From Acidimicrobiales bacterium (lineage in GTDB: Bacteria > Actinomycetota > Acidimicrobiia > Acidimicrobiales > JACDCH01): 64,000 nucleotides of DNA. The notes under the pieces were generated by a model. That model ran no database searches, was not told the origin of the DNA, and saw only the letters and a list, made by a program, of their open reading frames with translations. The stretch spans positions 7,852 to 71,851 of the forward strand of contig JBPCON010000035.1 in NCBI GenBank assembly GCA_051000215.1. Direction: 5' to 3'. The position numbers and the translations under genes were made by a program. Every line of letters starts with the position of its first letter. The first letter of the stretch is position 1. This document shows positions 11,307-19,431 of the stretch, one piece after another.

Positions 11307-12337
11307 TACTTCATCGCCTCCTCGACGACCTGCTTCTCGGCGTGGCCGCCGAACTGCTTGCGCATGGCCGACTGGAGCTTGTTCGCGTAGCGCCCGTTGC
11401 CCTGGCTCGCGAAGCGCGTGTAGAGGGCAGCGGTGAGCACCTCTGCGGGGACGCCGATCTCGACAGCTGCCTGCACGGTCCAGCGGCCCTCACCAGAATC
11501 GGACACGCGACCGTTGAACTCGTGCAGGTCGGGCGACTCGACCAGGGCCGCGGCGGTGAGGTCGAGCAGCCACGAGCCCACCACGCTGCCGCGGCGCCAG
11601 AGCTCCGCGACGGCAGGCACATCGATGTCGTACTTGTAGAAATCCGGGTGCTGAAGCGGCGCGGTCTCTGCGTCCTTGTCGTGGTCGCGGGTGCCGACGT
11701 CGGCATCGTTGAGGATGGCCAGGCCCTCCGCGTAGGCGGCCATGATCCCGTACTCGATCCCGTTGTGGACCATCTTCACGAAGTGCCCGGCTCCCGGCTG
11801 GCCACAGTGCAGCCAGCCGTGCTCCGCATCGACCGGATCACCGTCTCGACCGGGCGTGCGCAGCGCCGCCTCGACTCCCGGAGCGAGCGACGCGAAGATC
11901 GGGCGCAGACGTTCGACGGCCTCCTCTTCGCCCCCGACCATGAGGCAGTAGCCGCGGTCGAGGCCGAACACGCCGCCGGAGGTGCCGACGTCGACGTAGT
12001 GCACGCCGGTCGCCTGCAATCGCTCCGCCCGAGCGATGTCGTCGCGGTAGTAGCTGTTGCCGCCGTCGATGATGCAATCGCCGACGGCGAGGCGACGCTC
12101 GAGGTCGTCGAGGGTGGCATCGACGAAGGCCGCCGGCACCATGATCCAGATGTTGCGAGGCGCTTCGAGCTTCGCCACGAGATCGTCGAGGTCGGTCGCG
12201 CCGATCGCGCCCTGCGCTGCGAGCGCGGTGACCGCGTCGGGGCTGACGTCGTAGACCACGCATTCGTGCCCCGCGGCGAGCAGCCTCCGCACCATGTTCG
12301 CCCCCATCCGCCCGAGCCCGATCATGGCGAGCTGCAT
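11306..12337 (-). CDS. gnd: 6-phosphogluconate dehydrogenase, decarboxylating (short Gnd form)
   Basis: [19 protein letters not shown] Rossmann N-terminus, [14 protein letters not shown] signature. Start ATG 12337 preceded by GGGGA. The stop overlaps the pgi start (TAGTG). Confidence 0.9.
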   Translation of the reverse strand: MQLAMIGLGRMGANMVRRLLAAGHECVVYDVSPDAVTALAAQGAIGATDLDDLVAKLEAPRNIWIMVPAAFVDATLDDLERRLAVGDCIIDGGNSYYRDDIARAERLQATGVHYVDVGTSGGVFGLDRGYCLMVGGEEEAVERLRPIFASLAPGVEAALRTPGRDGDPVDAEHGWLHCGQPGAGHFVKMVHNGIEYGIMAAYAEGLAILNDADVGTRDHDKDAETAPLQHPDFYKYDIDVPAVAELWRRGSVVGSWLLDLTAAALVESPDLHEFNGRVSDSGEGRWTVQAAVEIGVPAEVLTAALYTRFASQGNGRYANKLQSAMRKQFGGHAEKQVVEEAMK

Positions 12338-12422
12338 CGCGTTCCCCTCTCGTCGGTTCAGCCTGAACCTAGCGACCGGAGTCACGGGGCATGACGGTCG
12401 GGCTCGTGGCTACGATGCCGCC

Positions 12423-12497
12423 ATGAAGAAGCTGCTGTTGCTCGTCATCCTCGGTGCCCTCGCGGCGTTCGCCGCCAAGAAGGTCCGGGCCGCGTAG
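12423..12497 (+). CDS. possible 24-aa single-TM micropeptide (MKKLLLLVILGALAAFAAKKVRAA)
   Basis: ATG-initiated hydrophobic mini-ORF flanked by Lys. It overlaps the 3' tail of the convergent HAD gene in antisense. No clear RBS. Confidence 0.25.
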   Translation: MKKLLLLVILGALAAFAAKKVRAA

Positions 12498-13395
12498 TGC
12501 CGGTCAGCGGGCGTCGCGACGGCGTCCGCTGACCGCGCTCCGCCACCACACGAGCGGGGGAGAAGCGGCGCAGAAGCCCCGACCCGGTCGGCGCTTGCAC
12601 GGGGGTGCCCGGGGCAAGCCGTCCGTGACGGTGCAGCCACCACCAGACCCCAACCCCAGCGCCGGCAGCGACGGCGGTTCCCCCCGCCACCCCGAGCGCC
12701 GGCCGGTAGGGAAGGCGATCGCGGAGCCTGACCTCGTTGGCGAAGGTGCGCACGTCCCACCCGCTCTCCTTGGCTCGGCGCGCCAACTCGCGATCGGGGT
12801 TGACCGCGACGGCGTGACCCACAGCCTCGAGCATCGGGATGTCGGTCGCGGAGTCGCTGTACGCGTACGAGCCGGCAAGGTCGATCTCGTCGCGCTCGGC
12901 GATCTCACGCATCGCGTCCGCCTTGGCCGGGCCGTAGCAGTAAAAGGCCATCACCCCGTTGTAGCGACCTTCCGCGTCGAGCTCGGTGCGTGTGCCGAGG
13001 TACGCGTCAACACCGAGGTAGTGGGCGAGGGGCGCCACGATCTCCTCTGGTGACGCCGACACGATGAAGATCTTGCGGCCGGCCTCGCGGTGTTCGCGCA
13101 TGAGCTCGAGCGCTTCGTCGTAGACGATCGGCTCCACCACCTCGGTGAGTGCCTGCTCCACGATCTCGCGAACCCTCGCCTGCTCCCAGCCCTTGGTCAA
13201 CGCCAGCACGGAGTCCTTCATGCGAGCCAGTCGGGCCTCGTCGGCGCCGAGGTAGAGGTACACCAGCTGGCCGTAGAGCGCGCGCAGGAGGAGCCATCGC
13301 GAGATGAGGCCCTCGCGGTAGAGGGGCTTGCCGAAGGCGACCATCGAGGCCTTGGCGATGACCGTTTTGTCGAGGTCGAAGAAGGCCGCCTCCAT
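12445..13395 (-). CDS. HAD-IB family hydrolase (SerB-like) with a C-terminal TM/basic tail
   Basis: The FFDLDKTV motif I is at the N-terminus. Also IVSASPEEIV and AYSDSATDIPMLE (motif IV). C-terminal hydrophobic segment GGTAVAAGAGVGVWWW. Confidence 0.85.
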   Translation of the reverse strand: MEAAFFDLDKTVIAKASMVAFGKPLYREGLISRWLLLRALYGQLVYLYLGADEARLARMKDSVLALTKGWEQARVREIVEQALTEVVEPIVYDEALELMREHREAGRKIFIVSASPEEIVAPLAHYLGVDAYLGTRTELDAEGRYNGVMAFYCYGPAKADAMREIAERDEIDLAGSYAYSDSATDIPMLEAVGHAVAVNPDRELARRAKESGWDVRTFANEVRLRDRLPYRPALGVAGGTAVAAGAGVGVWWWLHRHGRLAPGTPVQAPTGSGLLRRFSPARVVAERGQRTPSRRPLTGTTRPGPSWRRTPRGHRG

Positions 13396-13586
13396 CCGTT
13401 CGACCCTAACGGGGGCCCCGCGCCGACCGTCGCCTACCCCTTGTCGGCGTCACACGCGGTGCGTATGGTCATCTCGTCCGGCTCACCCCGGTCTTCGGCC
13501 CCTCGATCGTCGCCACCCGATCATCGAGCTGCGCCGCTCGCCTTCTCCCACCGGCCTGTCGTTCGCCGCGCCCGGGAGGCGTCAAC

Positions 13587-14264
13587 GTGTTGATCTGCTG
13601 CTGGTCCTGCAAGGGCGGTGCTGGCACGACCGTCGTCGCGAGCGCGCTGGCCCTCTCGCTCGCCCGGGTCAACCCACCCGGCGCGCTGATCGTCGACCTC
13701 GCTGGGGACGTGCCAGCGGTACTCGGGCTATCGGAGCGCCCCGACGACCCCGGTGTCGCCGGGTGGCTCGGCGCCGCGGAGAGCGCGGGCGCCGATGAGC
13801 TGGCGCGGCTCGAGGTGCCCGTCGGCCGAGGCCTGCGCCTGCTGTCTCGCGGCGACGGAGCGCTCTTGGCGAGCCGAGGCGAGCTGCTCGGCGCTGTGCT
13901 TGCAGCCGATCCGCGCCCCATCGTCGTCGACGCCGGCGTGCTCGCCCTGGCGGGTCGAGCACCAGGGCTCGGCGGCGAGGTCGCCATCACCCTCGCTGGC
14001 GCAGCATCGCGATCGCTGCTCGTGGTGCGGCCCTGCTTCCTCGCTGTGCGCCGTGCGCTGCGCGCCCCGGTGCGCGCCTCGGGCATCGTCGTGGTCGTCG
14101 AGGAGGGGCGAGCTCTCGCGGCCGTCGACGTGGAGGAGACGCTCGGGATCCCCGTGCTCGCGCAGGTCAAGGTGACCCCCCAGGTCGCGCGTGCCGTCGA
14201 CGCCGGCATCCTCGCGACTCGGTTGCCCCGGAGCCTCGAGCGCGACCTCAGTCATGCGGCTTGA
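13587..14264 (+). CDS. Ssd/CpaE(TadZ)-like ParA/MinD-fold protein of the Tad locus, degenerate P-loop
   Basis: GTG preceded by GGGAGG. The N-terminal WSCKGGAGTTVVASALA is a deviant Walker A with Thr in place of the GK[ST] Lys. It sits directly upstream of tadA. Confidence 0.75.
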   Translation: MLICCWSCKGGAGTTVVASALALSLARVNPPGALIVDLAGDVPAVLGLSERPDDPGVAGWLGAAESAGADELARLEVPVGRGLRLLSRGDGALLASRGELLGAVLAADPRPIVVDAGVLALAGRAPGLGGEVAITLAGAASRSLLVVRPCFLAVRRALRAPVRASGIVVVVEEGRALAAVDVEETLGIPVLAQVKVTPQVARAVDAGILATRLPRSLERDLSHAA

Positions 14265-15312
14265 ACCCGTTCGTGTTCGCGCGGCGTCCGCCGTCGGCCA
14301 GCCAGGTCCGCGGCTCGTCGGGCTCGGCCCACTCGACGCGCTCCTGGCAGACGCGGCGGTCTCGGAAGTGATGGTCAACGGCGCGGGCGCGGTGTGGGTC
14401 GAGCGCACCGGCTCGCTCGAGGAGACCGATGTCGTGCTCGATGTTGCCACCATTGATCATGTGCTCGAGCGGATCGTCGCACCGCTCGGCTTGCGCGTCG
14501 ACCGGACGAGCCCGCTCATCGACGCGCGGTTGCCCGATGGCTCACGCGTCAACGCGGTCGTGCCGCCGATCGCGATAGACGGACCGTGTCTCACCATCCG
14601 GCGGTTCGGCGCGAGGCCGGTGCCGCTCGATGAGCTGTGCCCGCCAGGGATCGCCGAGCTGCTCTCGTGGGCGGTGCGGGCCCGGGCGAACATCATCGTG
14701 AGCGGCGGCACAGGTGCAGGCAAGACCACGTTGCTCAACGCGCTCGCCGCGCGCATACCCGACGGTGAGCGCATCGTGACGGTCGAAGACGCGGCCGAGC
14801 TTCGTCTCCCCGCCCGCCACGTCGTGCGCCTCGAGGCACGTCCGGCCAACGCGGACGGGCTGGGCGCGGTCACGCTGCGGGCCCTGGTGCGCAACGCGCT
14901 GCGCATGCGCCCGGATCGCATCATCGTCGGCGAGTCGCGCGGTCCCGAGGCACTCGACGTCCTCCAAGCGATGAACACCGGCCATGAGGGGTCGCTCTCA
15001 ACGTGCCACGCCAACTCGCCGCCCGACGCGTTGCGGCGCCTCGAGACGATGGTCCTCATGGGCGACGTCGCCCTGCCCCTGGCCGCGGTTCGAGACCAGC
15101 TCGGGGCAGCGGTCGACCTCGTCGTGCACGTCGCGCGATCAGCTGCCGGCGGGCGCCGAGTCGTGGCGCTCGCCGAAGTCGCAGCCGAATGGGCTGGCGT
15201 CGGAGAGCGTGTGCGCTCGCTCGGCGACGCGGACGGGCTCCACCGGCTGCCCGTCCGCGCGGTTCGGATGCCCGGCGCGGCCCGTCCGGATCCGGCCTGG
15301 TTGGCGAGGTGA
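14254..15312 (+). CDS. tadA: CpaF/TadA-family type IV pilus/secretion ATPase
   Basis: Walker A VSGGTGAGKTTLLNAL, Asp box, Walker B RIIVGESRG, His box GHEGSLSTCHANS. Confidence 0.9.
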   Translation: MRLEPVRVRAASAVGQPGPRLVGLGPLDALLADAAVSEVMVNGAGAVWVERTGSLEETDVVLDVATIDHVLERIVAPLGLRVDRTSPLIDARLPDGSRVNAVVPPIAIDGPCLTIRRFGARPVPLDELCPPGIAELLSWAVRARANIIVSGGTGAGKTTLLNALAARIPDGERIVTVEDAAELRLPARHVVRLEARPANADGLGAVTLRALVRNALRMRPDRIIVGESRGPEALDVLQAMNTGHEGSLSTCHANSPPDALRRLETMVLMGDVALPLAAVRDQLGAAVDLVVHVARSAAGGRRVVALAEVAAEWAGVGERVRSLGDADGLHRLPVRAVRMPGAARPDPAWLAR

Positions 15313-16022
15313 CGGCCGTGCTTGCCGCTGCGCTGGCTGCCGGAGCGCTCCACGCTGTCGCGGCCGCTCGCCACTCCGATCTCCGCAACGCGGTCTCCAG
15401 TCGGCTCACTGCGCCACGCGCTCGGGGAATGCGTGCCCGCGCGCTGCCCTCGCCCTCGGCTTGGCGCGCCCGAAGCGAACGTCGCGCTTACGACCGAGCG
15501 TTGCCCGAGCTGCTCGAGGCCATCGCTCGTCATCTGCGCGGAGGAGCATCGCTTCGTGTCTCGGTCCTCGACGGGGCGACTGCGGTGCCGAGCGAGGTCG
15601 CCCTCGCGTTCGGCTCTCTCGCGGACGCGGCAGCGTCTGGTGCGCCGATCGTCGAAGCGGCACAAGGATGGGCACGCGCACGACCCGACGCCGGAACGAG
15701 GTTGGCCGCTGCCGCTCTCGCGCTTGGCGCAACGACGGGCGGCGCGCCTGCCCGATCACTCGATGCTGTCGCCGCGACGTTGCGCGACAGGCTCGCGCTG
15801 GCTGGCGAGGCCAGCGCTTCGAGTGCCCAGGCCCGCCTCTCCGCGGCGGTCGTCGGCGGCGCACCGCTCGCCTTCGCGGCGCTCGCCGCTGGCCTCGACG
15901 CGCACTCGGTGAGCTTCCTGTTCACGACGCCCCTGGGCGGCGCGTGCCTTGCGGGCGGCATCGGCCTCGACGCGCTCGGCTTGTGGTGGATGCGCCGCAT
16001 CGTCGAAGGCGTTGCGTTGTGA
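15309..16022 (+). CDS. tadB: TadB-like type II secretion system F-domain membrane protein
   Basis: GTGA overlap with tadA. N-terminal TM, soluble helical T2SSF-like middle, two C-terminal TM helices. Confidence 0.75.
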   Translation: MTAVLAAALAAGALHAVAAARHSDLRNAVSSRLTAPRARGMRARALPSPSAWRARSERRAYDRALPELLEAIARHLRGGASLRVSVLDGATAVPSEVALAFGSLADAAASGAPIVEAAQGWARARPDAGTRLAAAALALGATTGGAPARSLDAVAATLRDRLALAGEASASSAQARLSAAVVGGAPLAFAALAAGLDAHSVSFLFTTPLGGACLAGGIGLDALGLWWMRRIVEGVAL

Positions 16023-16720
16023 GGCCCGCGCTGCCCTGGCTGTGCGCCATCGCCGTGCTCATCGCGATCGGCCCGGGCCGAGGTGCCGGCAAGGCGAACG
16101 TGTCGCGAGCGCGCCGGGCGCCGCGATCATCTCGCAGCACCGCGCGTTGGGCAGCGCCGATCGCTGCCGCACTGCTCGCAGCGGCGCTCTCGCCGCCCCT
16201 GGCTCCCGTGGGCGCCGCTGCCATCCTCGGCCGTCGTCGATGGCGTCGGCGCGCCGATCAGCGGAGGCGCCAGAGCGAGGTCGTGGCTGAGCTTCCGGAG
16301 GTGATCGACCTCCTCGTCCTCGCTGTGGGCGCCGGCTGCAACGTGCGGTTCGCACTCGAGGCTGTCGCGCCGAGAGCACCGCCGCGCTTCGCCGCTGTCC
16401 TCGGTCTCACGCTGGAGCGAACGAATCGTGGCGAGCGCCTCGCCGACGCGCTCGTTGCAGCGGCGGTCTCGTTGGGCGAACCGGCGCGTGGCCTCGTCGC
16501 CGCGGTCGTGGCGTCGGAACGCTACGGCGCGGCGCTCTTGCCCGCGCTGGAGCGCCAGGCGGCCGAGGCCCGCGCAGAACGCAGAAGGCGAGCCGAAGAG
16601 GCCGCTCGTCGCCTGCCGGTCGCCCTGCTCTTCCCCTTGGTGCTGTGCGTGCTGCCCGCCTTTGGGTTGCTCACGCTCGTGCCCCTCGTCGCCGGCGCCC
16701 TCGGGTCGCTCGGCCGCTGA
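16019..16720 (+). CDS. tadC: TadC-like type II secretion system F-domain membrane protein
   Basis: GTGA overlap with tadB. Same topology. C-terminal LLFPLVLCVLPAFGLLTLVPLVAGAL. Confidence 0.75.
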   Translation: MRPALPWLCAIAVLIAIGPGRGAGKANVSRARRAPRSSRSTARWAAPIAAALLAAALSPPLAPVGAAAILGRRRWRRRADQRRRQSEVVAELPEVIDLLVLAVGAGCNVRFALEAVAPRAPPRFAAVLGLTLERTNRGERLADALVAAAVSLGEPARGLVAAVVASERYGAALLPALERQAAEARAERRRRAEEAARRLPVALLFPLVLCVLPAFGLLTLVPLVAGALGSLGR

Positions 16721-16745
16721 TCACCCTGCTGCCAAGGAGGCACCG

Positions 16746-16973
16746 TTGCTGTACCTCGTCCTCGTTATCCAGTCCCTACTCCACCACTGCAACCCCCGAC
16801 GTCATGCGATCGCGTTGCGTCGCGACGATCGCGGGCAGACCACAGCCGAGTACGCACTGGTATTGCTCGGCGCAGCGTCGGTCGCGCTCATCCTCGTGGC
16901 GTGGGCCGCGAAGTCCGGCAAGATCGCTGAGCTGTTCGATGCGGTGATCGACAGCATCGTCGGCAAGCTGTGA
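16746..16973 (+). CDS. Flp-type pilin precursor (DUF4244-like)
   Basis: Perfect AAGGAGG at 16734-16740, 5 nt before TTG 16746. Prepilin motif RG/QTTAEYALVLLGAASVALILV. Alternative start TTG 16815. Confidence 0.75.
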   Translation: MLYLVLVIQSLLHHCNPRRHAIALRRDDRGQTTAEYALVLLGAASVALILVAWAAKSGKIAELFDAVIDSIVGKL

Positions 16974-17371
16974 CCGCTGGCCGCGACCGGGGCCAAGCAA
17001 CGGTGGAGCTGGCGCTCGTGCTCCCCTTCCTCGCGCTGCTGCTGCTCCTCGTGGTCCAGGTCGGCCTGGTCGTTCGGGCGCAGATCCTCGTGACCAACGC
17101 AGCGCGCGAGGCTGCACGGGCTGCTGCCGTCGACCCCGATCCCGCTGCGGCAGGCCGGGCCGCGTCGGCGAGCACCACGCTCGACCCGCGCCGCCTCGCA
17201 GTTCACGTCCGCGAGCGGGGCGGGCCGGGTGCGTCGGTGCGGGTCGAGGTGCGCTACGACGCGCCGACGGAGCTTGCGCTGGTCGGTGCGCTGCTTCCCG
17301 ATGTGGAGCTCGTCGCGACGGCAACGATGCGGGTCGAGGTCGCGGCGGCGAGAGGCGCAGCTGCTGCATGA
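16970..17371 (+). CDS. TadE-like minor pilin / pilus assembly protein
   Basis: GTGA overlap with flp. The N-terminus RGQATVELALVLPFLALLLLLVVQVGL is the TadE-type motif. Confidence 0.8.
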   Translation: MTAGRDRGQATVELALVLPFLALLLLLVVQVGLVVRAQILVTNAAREAARAAAVDPDPAAAGRAASASTTLDPRRLAVHVRERGGPGASVRVEVRYDAPTELALVGALLPDVELVATATMRVEVAAARGAAAA

Positions 17372-17458
17372 TCGAGGTTTCCGACCCCCGCTCGGTTGCG
17401 AAACCTGAGCGGGGTGAATGCCAGCCCAGGAGCCTTCCCGTCTATCCTGACAAGACCC

Positions 17459-18301
17459 ATGGACATCGCCGTTGCCGCCCCTGCCGCGGTCCTGATCCTC
17501 CTCTTGGTCGCCTGGCAAGCAGCCCTGCTCGCCAAGACGCGGACCCTTCGGCGCGCCCAGCGCGAGGCGGCGTTGACCGCGCGGGCACACCTGATGGTCG
17601 GCGCTACTCGCCCGACCGACCCGTTCGCGCGCTTCGTCGACGTCCTCCGACGGCGGCGTTGGGCCCGCCGCGGGCTCTCGGGCGTCTCCGCCCTCGCGTT
17701 CATCGTGGCGATCGGGCTGATCGGCTTCCCCCTTTACACCAACTTCCTCCAGGACCGCATCCAACAGCGCCTGTCGCGCCAGCTCTCGAACCCTGATCTG
17801 AAGCAGGCCTACCTCGAGCGGCGCGTTGCGGAAGGCGACAGCTTGACGCGCATCCAGATCCCCTCGATCGACGTCGACGTCGTCGTGGTGGAGGGCACCG
17901 GCCCCGACGCCCTGCGCGCCGGGGCTGGCCACTACCGCAGCACGCCGTTGCCGTGTGAGAACGGGAACGTGGCCATCGCAGGGCACCGCACCACCTACGG
18001 GCGGCCCTTCGCGAACCTCGACCTCCTCGCAACCGGCGCGCAGATCACGCTCACGACGCCGATCGGCTCCTGCACCTACACGGTGAGCGCCGCGGCCCAA
18101 GGACGCAGCGCGCTCGATGACAAGGGCTCGGCGTTCGTCGTCGATCCCAGCGACATCGGGGTGGTTGCGAACTCATCGACTGCCATGCTCACCTTGACGA
18201 CGTGCCACCCGAAGGGCTCGGCAGCGAAGCGCCTCGTCGTGCAAGCTGCACTCGTTCCGAGCTCCGCCGCGCCCGCCCCCGCGCAAACAGGCGGCGCGTG
18301 A
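17459..18301 (+). CDS. class E-like sortase (transpeptidase) with an extra N-terminal TM segment
   Basis: Catalytic His (VAIAGHRTTYG), TLTTCHP Cys motif, Arg in AAKRLVVQA. TM anchor GVSALAFIVAIGLIGFPLY. Start ambiguous: TTG 17396, ATG 17459 or ATG 17594. Confidence 0.8.
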   Translation: MDIAVAAPAAVLILLLVAWQAALLAKTRTLRRAQREAALTARAHLMVGATRPTDPFARFVDVLRRRRWARRGLSGVSALAFIVAIGLIGFPLYTNFLQDRIQQRLSRQLSNPDLKQAYLERRVAEGDSLTRIQIPSIDVDVVVVEGTGPDALRAGAGHYRSTPLPCENGNVAIAGHRTTYGRPFANLDLLATGAQITLTTPIGSCTYTVSAAAQGRSALDDKGSAFVVDPSDIGVVANSSTAMLTLTTCHPKGSAAKRLVVQAALVPSSAAPAPAQTGGA

Positions 18302-19431
18302 TGCGCGGGCGGCTCCTCCTCGGTGCCGCGTTGGGCGCGTGTGCGATCGTGGCGATGGCACCGGCCGCGCAGGCGTACCCCAGCAATTGGTACGGAGGCT
18401 GGGACGACCCGCCAGGCGGTGCGTCGGCATATGTCTTCACGGACGGCGCTTCCCATGTCGTGAAAGGCGTCATCGGGCACAACGACTCTCGCCCGATCAC
18501 CGTCTACGGCAGCGTGTCGGGCGAGGCGCCGGCGGGCTGCGAGATGCCAAGGGGGTTCAACGACTTCAGCAACGTCGGCGGCCGCCTCGACCCGAAGGCG
18601 AACTACTTCACCATCGACCTCGCGCCGGAGTGCAACGGCACCTACACCCTCGCCGCATACGGCACGGTCGATTCCGATCCCTTTGTGGACGCCGACACGA
18701 GCCCGACGCACACAGCGACGGTCGACGTGAAGCGCCCCGCACCGGAGGTGTCGGGCGTCGCTGCGTCTGCGGGCACCGCTACCCGGTCGGTCGTCGTGTC
18801 GTGGGACTCCATCGCCGGGCCCGGCGACATGCCCAAGGATCTGACGGGGTTCATCGTCTCGCGCACCGACCAGGCGGGCCACACCACGACATTCGCTCCG
18901 GTCACCGATCCGAGCAGCACCTCGTTCGCCGACACCTCGGTTCCTGCCGCGGGGGGCACCTTCACCTATGCCGTCTCGGCCACCCGGTTCAACGTCGAGC
19001 CCTCGGCTGCTTCGCCCGCTGCGGTGATCAAGCTCGACAAGGCTGCCGACTCGCCGTCGACGACGGCGCCGGGCGACGGCACAGCCGTCGCCCCTGGAAC
19101 AGGAGCTGCCACGACGCCGGGCGCAGCGACAGGAGGGGCGAGGCGTAGCGGCGCCGCAACTCGCGGCGGGGCGACCGCGTCAACCCAGCCAGGCGAGCCC
19201 GACCCGGGCTTCGAGAGCGACCTTCCCTATGAAGCCGAGCCGGGCGCGGTGGCGTCGGCCCTGCCGAGCGGAGGGAGCGAAGGGGGCATCAACGTTGCCG
19301 GGGCGGGCATCTTGATCCCGTTCGCTGTTGCGCTCGTGCTCGCCGTGTGGGGCATGCACGTCTTGTACGTGACGAAGTCGGCGCGCGACGCAGACGACGC
19401 GCTGACCCTCCTACACCTCGAGTTCGAGTAG
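18301..19431 (+). CDS. secreted surface protein with an Fn3-like domain, a Pro/Ala/Gly/Thr linker and a C-terminal TM anchor
   Basis: ATG overlaps the sortase stop (TGATG). Signal peptide MRGRLLLGAALGACAIVAMAPAAQA/YP. Fn3-like VVVSWDSIAGPG...GFIVSRTD...FTYAVSAT. C-terminal LPSGG + hydrophobic helix + KSARD. Confidence 0.75.
   Translation: MRGRLLLGAALGACAIVAMAPAAQAYPSNWYGGWDDPPGGASAYVFTDGASHVVKGVIGHNDSRPITVYGSVSGEAPAGCEMPRGFNDFSNVGGRLDPKANYFTIDLAPECNGTYTLAAYGTVDSDPFVDADTSPTHTATVDVKRPAPEVSGVAASAGTATRSVVVSWDSIAGPGDMPKDLTGFIVSRTDQAGHTTTFAPVTDPSSTSFADTSVPAAGGTFTYAVSATRFNVEPSAASPAAVIKLDKAADSPSTTAPGDGTAVAPGTGAATTPGAATGGARRSGAATRGGATASTQPGEPDPGFESDLPYEAEPGAVASALPSGGSEGGINVAGAGILIPFAVALVLAVWGMHVLYVTKSARDADDALTLLHLEFE

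Noticed and set aside
14984-16018. The upstream two-thirds of the 578-aa ORF 14984..16720, and similarly 15003..15308 of ORF 15003..16022.
   Set aside because: They overlap tadA and tadB in other frames with Arg-rich composition. TadB and TadC begin at GTGA junctions 15309 and 16019.
17368-17796. The 142-aa alternative-frame ORF overlapping the TadE stop and the sortase 5' region.
   Set aside because: Pro/Arg-rich composition and no TM or pilin motif. The overlapping frame carries the sortase TM anchor and catalytic motifs.
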